63,065 bases of DNA from Moniliella sp. 'wahieum' (taxonomy: Eukaryota). How positions within the stretch are numbered: the stretch's first letter is position 1; the number at the start of each line of letters is the position of its first letter. Below, piece by piece: positions 53,593 through 63,065 of the stretch. Below the pieces are notes generated by a model. It had not been told where the DNA came from. It searched no databases and saw nothing but the letters and a program-made list of their open reading frames with translations. The DNA lies in NCBI GenBank assembly GCA_003971905.1, contig RSEE01000116.1:124001-187065 (forward strand), given 5' to 3'. Position numbers and translations under genes: made by a program.

Positions 53593-54827
53593 CCCTAGGT
53601 ACCCTAGCGACGCTATTAGTGACCAGCCAACCCAAATCCAGCTTGGCTCATAGGGCCAGACCTTTTTTGTTGCGGCGCCAGGATTACGCCTCTTACGACA
53701 CGCACCAAACGCCGCAGGTTGATGACAGCCTCTTACAGAAAGGGTTAGTACTTAGTACGGTTAGTCTATATAATAGGCGCACCTTCAAGCTTCAAGCTCC
53801 AAGCTTCATCCCTCCCTCCCGACAACAGTTGATGGCCAGACTTCAATATTCATCTCGCTATTAATGCACGTGTCTCCCGACCGCAGTGTAGCTTCCTACA
53901 TGACCAACTGTGACTCACATATAATACCCTAGTATCTGCGACCGGGGCGTATCTCCTCAGGCCTGAGCCTCAGGCCTCACGCACCTCTGGAACCCCCCGT
54001 GGCAAAATGGTTCCGGTTTACTTGCCTGATATGGCAGCAGCCATGGCCCGTCCAGCTTCCAGCCGTCTGCGCGTCTCTGACAGGTGGGGCGCGCTCGACC
54101 CAAGAGGGAGTCGGCGTCTGGAAACCTCTGGCTCTATAGCAAACTAAGCACGTGTCTCACCAGAGAACCCCGCGGGGACCCATGCAATAGCATCATCTAC
54201 CAACTCCGCCATAAAATACCCTCATCCGTCACGCGTCGGCACTCGAGTCGGACAGCAGCACTGCTCGGGTCGGCGTGACGAGAGCCTTGGACCACGCCAG
54301 GCACCCATGCACCCCAGCCCATGTCAGTTGCTACGGGCAGGCTATTGAGATGCTGTTGGTGGCGGCGAGAACATGCGCTTGATCGCAGACGGGAGGGACG
54401 GTGTGTTATGCAGAACGCTTTCCAGCTCCAGCCGAATGGGCCCGGCGTTTTTTCGTTGTGCGGCCCAGTCGGCCCGGTGGTGGTAGTGCTGTCCACAGCC
54501 AGCCGACCCACCAGAACAAAGAACAAACAAACGCAGACACAGCCGAGGTCCTACCGGCCGGACACCCTGCTCAGGTCACCGGCCACACGCGCCAGCGTGA
54601 CTAAGGAGCGCAGTATATATTAAGTCTTTTGTCCCTGTCCCCCGCCCGCCGCCCCGCCCCCCGCCCCAACACGGAGCTTCCGTCGGCACTGTCCACTGCA
54701 CGCTCCATCTCCCCCAACCCATCCTCCCGCCACAGCACAGCACTGGCCGCGTTGGGCTGCGTCCATCCCCCGTTCTGTCCGCCAGCCCTTTGTCTTTTCC
54801 CCCCGCCCGCCCTCAACGATTATCATT

Positions 54828-57698
54828 ATGCCCGCTTCCACCGCTCTGCCCTTCCTCCCCCCCCCAACAGCAGGCGCTGAGGGCCTACTGGAAGCGACCG
54901 ATCGTCCATATACAGCAACGACTCCATGCCCTATTCGCCTCCCATCTCCCCGCTCCCCCCACCCCGCGTCCGCCATCATGTTCGCTGCCCGCCCCTCTTC
55001 CCAGGACGGGCCCCTGCCTCCTTCCAGCTCCAGGCTGCGTCGACACCACGGCATCCTGCCCCCCTCCTTGCCCCGCGCCCGAGAGTCCTCTCCCTCCCAC
55101 GCCACCCTGCCCCACCGCTCGCCCGGCCAATTGGGAAGGGCCGCTCGGGAACCCGGCGATCATTAAGCTGCGGACGAGGTCGCTGGGCCCAACGGCTACA
55201 GACTGCTCTGCACCCTGGGCGAGGGCACGTCGGGCAGGTCAAGCTGGCGCTTCATCCCCAGGGACACGAGGTCGTTCTTCGCTTGGTCCAACGTGTTCCT
55301 CGTGAACGGACCGCTCCTGTCTTGGCCTCTCTGACAAGCCTTCCTGTAAGGGACACAACGGCCCAGTCTAACCCGCGCATGCGCAAGGAGATCACCTTTC
55401 TGAAGCGCATTTCCCATCCCAACATTGTTGCCTTGCTCGACCTTGTGGAGACAGAAAAGTACACCGGCATCGCCCTGGAGTATGCAGAAGGTATGTCCAT
55501 TCTCCGCCATCGCTCACACTTGTAACCTTTTATCGATCTCATCTAACTGTGACTTCTGGTGATGCTCTGGTGTGGGGAATTCGGCAGATGGCACCTTGGC
55601 AGAGTACATTCGCATGCGCAAGTACCTTGGGCCCAATGAAGCTGCTGGGTTTCTCTCCCAGCTTCTTTCCGGAGTCAATTACCTCCACCAAAATGGAATC
55701 GTGCACCGTTCTCTTCGGCCGCGTAAATCCTTCTCACCAGGAACAAAACCACCCTCCTCATCACCGACTTTGCGTCGGCTGCCTGGGTTAAGGGGAAACC
55801 TGGAAAGCCTCTGAAGACCTGTGTCCGCCCCAAATCCATCCCATTTACACACCACCTGAGATGATTACCAGGTGGGCCCGCACCTTGACCCAGCGATTGA
55901 CATTTGGTCCTGCGGCGTCATCCTCTACATTTTACTCGCTGGCTACCTTCCTTCAACTATGACATTCTACCTCCCTGTTATGACATTGCGACGGTCTATC
56001 GCCGCCTCCTCCATGGACGCCTTCAGTTCCCCAATCATGTGCCTCCCACCGCCCACACTCCTCTATCCTCTTCTCCAAATCGACCCAAACCGCCGGCCGA
56101 CTTCGACTGCTGCCTTGGCACATCCTTTTCTCCACATGTCTCATAAAGCACGCGGCCCTCCCTCCTTCTCCAACTGGAAGGATGAGGAACGGGGGACGCA
56201 AGCAAGCCACCGTCCCAATTTCAAGAGACAGGATACCAGTGTTACCACCTTGTCTGGTGTGCTCACTCGCCGGCATCGGTCCTCGCCTGCTGCAGCTTCT
56301 AGTCGGTCTCTTTCTGGTGCTTCAAACATTCGATCGTACCTCCTTGCCTCTTCCCCGCCCTTCCAGTCTCACTGCCAACAGATCGAGCGGCGATGAACTC
56401 CTTGCCTCGCCGGATCCTGTTTCACCCCACCCCATCCTTCACTCTCCCCGCAATTGGGCAGACCCACCGTCTTGGATATGGCTGTTCCACGCAGTCTACC
56501 CCCCCTGCTTATGGTGGGAATGGCCCTACGAGCCGTCAGTACTCTGGAGGGCACAGCCGCTCTTCCTCCTCAGGATCTCATCAAAACACCCCCGCCAGCT
56601 ACTTCACCGCCAGTACGTCTCGCACAAGCCTCACGAACACCTTGGGCGAAGACGCTCAGTCCCCCGTGTCCGCCTCCTCGCTCCCGCCCCTCGTTTCCCT
56701 CCCTGTGGATAAGCGAGAGAACCGGCCGTCTCACCCCGTGCCCCGCAATCAGGGATGCAGTTCCTCGGCGCAACCTCCATCTGCCTTCGGTCGCTTCACT
56801 TCGGCCCTGGGGACTCCGACAGAAGGTAGCACTCACCAGCCCTCTCGCCCGGCAGCCCCACGCCGCCGTCGGACATGCACTTTCTATGAGCCACCCAGCG
56901 AGCATGCCAACCCCTCTTCTCTTCCGTACTTGAGACCGTCTGGCCATCCCCTGTCCCAAAGCTACGTGCACCTCGACCGCGTCAAGTCTCTTTTTTCTCG
57001 GTCGGAAGTGGAGGTAGGAAGGAAGAGCGTTCGATTCTCCTCCACCCCAAGTCTGGTATCTTCGTTCCAACCATCGCAGCCTCCCACTCTTATCCGGCGC
57101 TACTCCCGTCGCTGGGTCTCTCAATGAAAAAGAAAACCACTTCGTCTTCTTCGCCTGCACCCAGCCTCGTCGTCTAGCTCACCCCAGCCTCACACCCACG
57201 TCGGCCACTCCTCCCCGCCCCAAGCGGAAGACTCTTAACGTGCTCCCTCTCGCATCGTCCATCAGATCAGCCATCTGGAGCAAACGTTCGGCCACCAGTG
57301 CCCCCTTTCGTCCGTCGGCAATACTGTCCCAGATCTTCCGCACCCACGGCCGCACAAAGGGCCCATTGAGGACACACGCTCTGTGCCCTACCGCTGGCCA
57401 CTGCCCATCGCCGAATCACACGCTGCTGGACGGGATGGGTGCGCTGGTTCAGGCGCCAAACGGGGCACATGTGTGGCCTGCTTCCTGGGCACCTTGTCTC
57501 GACGCTTTGCCGAGCGACACGGTCGCGTTTTACGTCCGCCTCACGCACGTCGCTCCCACTCCCGGGCTCTGGAGCGTCGAGTTGGTCCACATCCTAGGCC
57601 AGGACAAAATCTTTGCCCTCGCTCAGTCCACCTTTTACCAGGAATGGAAAGCCTGTCGCGTTAATGTCGTCGTCCCTGTTCGCCTCGGTCTGTACTAG
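54828..57698 (+). CDS. Kin4-like (CAMK group) Ser/Thr kinase fold with C-terminal KA1-like domain; predicted pseudokinase
   Basis: LGEGTSG.VKL, HPNIVALLDLVETEKYTGIALEY, LSGVNYLHQNGIVHRSLRP, ITDFA, DIWSCGVILYILLAGYLPF. C-terminal LDGMG...VAFYVRLT...WSVELVHILG. One intron after EYAE (donor ~55491). Start uncertain (54828 or 54978). Confidence 0.8.
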
Positions 57699-57910
57699 TT
57701 CTCATCAACACACATTAATAATGACCTGTCCCTAGCTTTTCATGAACTTCATTACTGTATACTCCTCTCTCCTCGGGTCTTTACACACACTGTTATTTAC
57801 GTTCATCCCATGTCATCTGGAAAGAGGTTGCACCATTTACGATTTCGGTAGAAATGTTGATACGATCTCTCTCTCCCAGCTTGCCTAACATACTCTCTGC
57901 CGGTGAGAAC

Positions 57911-57954
57911 GGCAGAAGTATGCTAGTTTCTCACCGGCAGAAGTATGCTAGTTA
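57911..57954. repeat. Direct repeat GGCAGAAGTATGCTAGTT x2
   Basis: Copies at 57911-57928 and 57937-57954. Confidence 0.85.
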
Positions 57955-60720
57955 CATTTCGTTGTCACCTCTCGGACCGAATCGCACTCTCACTCAGAGG
58001 GCTTGGGGACCAGAGCACATCTCATTCAGTGTGCCGCTGCATGGAATCCACTTTGAGTCACGCTCTGTCTTAGATCTTACCACAGAAGAGACCATACAGT
58101 GTCCCCAGCCTCAGTGCCCCTTGCTTGCGGGCTTTTGCCGCAGGCACGCTTTTTCCGCAGACACGCTTTTGCGGAGCGATACCGCGTGACATTTGGTCAG
58201 ATCGATGAGGTCGATGCAAGGGATGGAGCCATCAACATGCATCACTGTAGGGCGTTCCCAGTACGCGTTATACGAAGCGCAAACCATCGGGGGTTGGCCT
58301 TAGGTCTTAGGGAGCAATCGGTCAGTAACCTAATCCACATGATTGACCTGATCTGACCGTTCCATACCCATGTCATAGTCCCCACACTGCGACAACGGCG
58401 GTGCTCCTTTCGCTTCCGGCAGGGATCGCTCTCTATTACGCTCAATAGCTCTCCGTGCATACGCTCAGGATATTGTCATTCATCACATCAGATAGTACCG
58501 CACAAGGAATTATACGATGAGGCTATAGATATCCCCCTGTTGATGCTCTCTCCTGAGCATACCTTGTCATCCGGCTCTTGCGAGAGGATAAGCCTATACA
58601 CCAGAGTATACTCGTGCTGATTCAATTCTGTTTGCACACCTAGAGGGGAGGCTTAGTATGTAGAACCCTTGAAGGATGAATAAGGCTGAACATTGAACGT
58701 TGAGCACACATCTCTGAGTACGTTCCTGGCCCTGGGACACCGATTCAATATTCAGGGGCCTTTTGTTGCACTGTTGCTCGGACCGTTCTCGCTCGCGGAC
58801 GTGTGCGTTTGCCCTTAGGCTTACCCCCTGCATGGCTTGTTGTGCAACCTGTGTCAGCCTGCGGCTCATTCAGGTGGGAAGATGAACAATGAAAACCACA
58901 CACAATTAACAGGGGAAGCGTTAATTGACGTCTCGAAACCGCGCTTCGAACAGCTTCTCACCCTCTCGCCTTTTGGGGTAGGTGCCAGTTACACCGACAC
59001 AAACAAACAACGACGCAGCTCGCATGGCATACATTTTCTCTTCTTCTACGCAGTGTCCGCACTATAGTAGGGTCGCCTGTACTCTGGTTGTTCGCGTACG
59101 ACTCATCACTCATCGATCATCGGCGGCGGTCGACATCGACCTGACATGTGACACAGCTGATGAGACTGTCGTATCATCGAGATCATCGATCACGCCGCCG
59201 GCTGCCCGCCGTGCAGGATGATCGACCGATGATCGATAACCTGAAAGGCCTGTGGCCTGAAACGTTGAACGAGCGTTGGATGTTGGCGTTCCACGCCAGG
59301 GTGTTCCCATGATAGCTTCCCCAATAGAGAGACCCTCTGCAATGCTGGCACTATAACAAGCCCCTGTCACATGTCAACGCACATGCGTCTTGCTTTGTGC
59401 TCCTATGAGTAACTGAGTGCCCCCCCCCCCTTGATCGATGAGCCCCGCCGTGCCTTCTCTCCACGGACGGTATCCACCGCTTGACTCGATACCTCGTTCT
59501 CCGCAACGCTTGTGACATGTGAACGTTGTGAACAACTCTCAGAGCGATCTCAGCCCTTGCTTTTTCCGTCAGGACTGTAACTCGCAGTTGCGGCCATCAG
59601 ATTGGAGCCACTGGTTGTGGTTGTGGCGCAACAGTTTCCAATAAGTTTTGCAAACGCACACATGCCGTCAGTGCACGTACATGTGGTGAACCTTGTGGTG
59701 CGACGGGCGAAGAACCGAACCCACAGAGGATAAGGGGTCGCCACCACCACGGAAGCGGATTGAACACGTTGAACGTTGAACTTTGAACGTTGATGCATTG
59801 ATGATCGAGACGAGATCCCCCCGATGAGCCGTCTGAATTTCGATATGTCACGAAATGTGATGCGACAAAAGGAATGCCAAATACCGAGTGATATCCATTG
59901 CTGGGGCCATTCCGAGAGAAAGGCTGTGGCAGCGTAGTAGGAGGTGCGAGACGGAAGGTTGAGGACCCTCAGCGCCTCAGCCTCGGGCCGAGGCTCATCG
60001 CTCAGCCTCGGGCCTCTCGGCCTCAACGTTGAGAGATCCCAGAAGAAGAGCAGGAGAAAGGTGAATTCTAACTTGTAGTCCATAAACCACTATATAGGCT
60101 CCCGCTCGCGAATGGGCTGGCCAAACCCCACAGGGCCACTGTCCGACAGTGCTGCCACACTCGCAGTCGGGCGATGTCATGCCATACAGCGAGGGCAGCA
60201 GGGGGCAGTCGGTCACCCATTCGCAACATTATTAAACAAGACACTTGCCTGCATGGGGTGAGTACACTCGACAGGGTAACTCAGGGTGAAAGGGCTGGCA
60301 TCAAAGTTGGATGGCGCAGGTATGCGTTTGGGCATGACGAAGCTCGGCACCTTTTTGTTCGTCTCTTCGTCTTTCCCATGCACACATTGTATGCATCATG
60401 CATCATGTTGATCAAGCACACCCTACTTGCACATACATATGGCGCTTATAGCCGTCGGGCCATTTTGTGGTTTGCTGCATACCCAGGAGCTTTTCCGAGG
60501 TTATTTTTTTTTTGCGATCTATCGTCGCCCTTTTAGCTCGAGGTTTTTCTTCCCCTCCTCACCTTCCCGGCACCCGGTCATCTGCCATCAGATCAGATAA
60601 GAACACCACCACACTCCACCACACAACCTTAGCGGTGTATAGATCTATAACCCGTCATCAATATAATAGTTTTTGTTTCTCTCCAACACCATCCGTCGTG
60701 TGCATCACCACCTACCCAAC

Positions 60721-62720
60721 ATGCCCCTCCCGCAATGGCTGAAGCGCATGGGGCCAGCTGCACTTCCAGCGCGAACTCACCATCACCGCACCTACCGTCC
60801 ACCCCTCCCCCCCTCCCCCACATCTGCTACTGAAGGCGCACCCCCTGACGCGGACCAAGATGAGGTGGAAGAGCCACTCTCATGGATCGACCGCATGCTC
60901 AACTGGCTCGTGCATCAGTCGGGCTCCCTCCTGATCTTCGCCTTGATTCAAGCCATCCTATTGGCCTGGGTCTTTATTGGGATCCCCTACCACACCGAAA
61001 CGTGGCAGATCGTAATGGGCAACGGACAAGCAATCTTCTCATACGTGTGGGACTCGTTGCTTATGCGACATCAGCTTATGATCTTCGGCAAAACGCGGAG
61101 GTCCACTTCGTTACTTCGATCTAGGGCCGCAAACAACCTCGCCATGCTCCGTGAGTGTTTGTCACACTACCGTGTTCGTACGCACCCCCCTGCCTCTCCG
61201 AATCTGGGTGGGGATGAGGACGACATCCAACCGGCCCAATCTGAAGTGCCCGCGCTGCCCTACTATCCCAACACCTCTGCACCCGCACGTGGCCCCACCC
61301 AGCACCACCACCATCACCAACCCCAACACCACGCCCACCCACACCCAATCTGCCTCTCTTGACCCCCAGCTCCCCACGGAATCCCGTATAGGCAAAACGC
61401 TCACCTACTTTACCTTCCTCATCGGCCACATATTCTCCGTCATCTTGTTCTGGGTGTGCTTCTTCATCTGGATCGGGTTCGGTCCGTCGATGCATTTTAG
61501 CGACCTGTGGCAGCTAGACTGGAACTCGGCCTTATCGGCATGGATGATCTTTACGTTTTCCTTCTTGGCCATTGCGCGCGAAGAAAATGGTCGGTACGCT
61601 GGCGTGTGTACAGAGGCGATTTTGCGCCTCGATCGGCGGTTGGAGTACCGACTGAGGGTGCTCACGCAGAATTTTCCCGCTATTCCCGCTGCCGACGGTA
61701 GTACTCACAAGCAACAACCTACCAACAAGGACCTTTCGCCTGATGGTACCCTCGCCGCAATGCCCCTCTTCGGCTGGAGCGAGCAACCTACCGATTTGCA
61801 CCACCCTCCCACGTGGGAACCTGGTCCAGAAGTGCATTCAAGTGTACGCCTCAGTAGTAGGCACGCTATTCGGCATCGCACTCCTCATCGTGGTACTCAT
61901 CGTCTGGATTGCCATTGGTGCCCCCATGAGCTTCTCGACGGACTGGTGGTTGATTATCGGTACCTACGCCGGCTTGATCGGGTTACACGACGGTTTCGTG
62001 CTACGGAACATGCAAATGCGGTTGGATGAGTGGGAGGATCCGTGGTTCGATGATTTGGCACGGCAGGATGACGTGATGATGGAGGCTGTGCGGGAGGCAG
62101 GGATTGCTCCTACGAACGCGATGGAGGAGGGGATAACGGCCCCAAAACCCCAACAGGACCTGGAAAAGCAAGAGCAGGAAGGGAAAGACGCTGTCCAGAA
62201 TGAGAAGGAACCGAAGGAGGAAGACATTGCCACCCCTCCCTCAACGAACGTGGTCGTACTTCCCGGACTCAGTCGTCTAACCTCCACTTCCATCTCCGCC
62301 TCCTCACACACGAAAGAAAAACTCTCCTCGCGGCTCTGGCGGTGGACCCGCACAGTATCAGACACGATGCTCTTCCTTTTCGCACACGAGTGGGCCGTCA
62401 TTTTGGACCTGTTATTGATCCTTGGGTTGGTATGTGGTGCTTCGGGGATGCACTGGAACATGACGGGCCAGCTGCTGTGCAACATTCCACCCATGACGAT
62501 CGAAGCCTTCATGATGCAGATCCTGATTACTGGGCATAGTGGGCTCGATCAAAAGGTACGCGCGAGACTTACAAGAGCACATGCCAATCGGGTACGGTTG
62601 CACCAGATTCTGGACCAAGTGTGTGCCGAACGTGTGGTGGACCAGGACAAGGAGAAGGACAATACGTGCTCCAAAGGTCTTGATGGCCGTGACGGCGAGG
62701 GGGAAGGAGATGCCCACTAA
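60721..62720 (+). CDS. FET4: Low-affinity Fe(II) permease, Fet4 family
   Basis: WIDRMLNWLVHQSGS...WQIVMGNGQAIFSYVWDSLLMRHQ; FSDLWQL; FSTDWWLIIGTYAGLIGLHDGFVLRN; MHWNMTGQLLCNIPPMTIEAFMMQILITGH. Two indels. Confidence 0.93.
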
Positions 62721-63037
62721 CTTGCACCAAAACGTAAACGACAACTCTTCATGACCATCCATCATTGACGACAACCTTAGCGATCATGCAGACCATCTTG
62801 ATCATGAGCCTAACAAGTCAGTACCGGAACATCAGACCGTCGCTGAGCGCTGACTTGAGTCTGCTAGGCACCCAATGATTACCTCTTTTTCCTGATGACA
62901 TCGATGGCCTTTTCGTTTTGCTGTGCATGCCCCGCTTTAACGGTTTACGTGCACAACGCGTAGTAACGCCTTTTGAATGATGATGACCGACGACCTGCTT
63001 TTTTTTGCTTTTACGAGCGTAACGACTCCCCTGCCCC

Positions 63038-63065
63038 TTAGGGTTAGGGTTAGGGTTAGGGTTAG
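63038..63065 (+). repeat. Telomeric repeat (TTAGGG)n, right chromosome end
   Basis: Four perfect TTAGGG copies plus TTAG running to the end of the sequence, with the G-rich strand oriented outward. Confidence 0.92.

Noticed and set aside
57700..60700. Subtelomeric transposon, RecQ helicase or pheromone precursor genes
   Set aside because: I found no RT, integrase, transposase or helicase motifs and no short CAAX-ending ORF; the ORFs here are not convincingly coding.

Overview
GC-rich eukaryotic DNA, most likely from an intron-poor basidiomycete fungus (GTACGT/GTGCGT donors, CTRAC branch points, fungal-specific gene families). It is the terminal ~63 kb of a chromosome arm and ends in (TTAGGG)n. 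Almost every gene, including essential ones, is broken by single-base indels; I read this as uncorrected long-read error, so gene boundaries are approximate reconstructions across frames. Recognisable genes in order: ISWI ATPase 3' end, eIF2B-beta, C2H2/Fungal_trans transcription factor, NatA catalytic subunit (ARD1), EFL1/RIA1, COX13, mitoribosomal uL5m, GH128 glucanase, RPL11, Msn2/4-like C2H2 factor, M20 amidohydrolase, SSB-type Hsp70, sedolisin, tRNA-Lys(CTT), prefoldin 3, an MFS-like protein, a triple-KH RNA-binding protein, a Kin4-like kinase and a Fet4 iron permease about 0.3 kb from the telomere. I found no clear-cut new multi-gene system. The most interesting observations are (i) a probable Kin4-derived pseudokinase, (ii) a stand-alone diverged Rom/Tus1-type DH (RhoGEF) gene, (iii) a small spliced protein with a CxxC-x17-CxxC motif that the ORF track does not show, (iv) long introns in SSB and ARD1 with an internal CAG-6nt-GT arrangement, and (v) recurrent 7-bp-period microrepeats built from A-N4-T palindromes. 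All family assignments come from motif recognition, not database searches.
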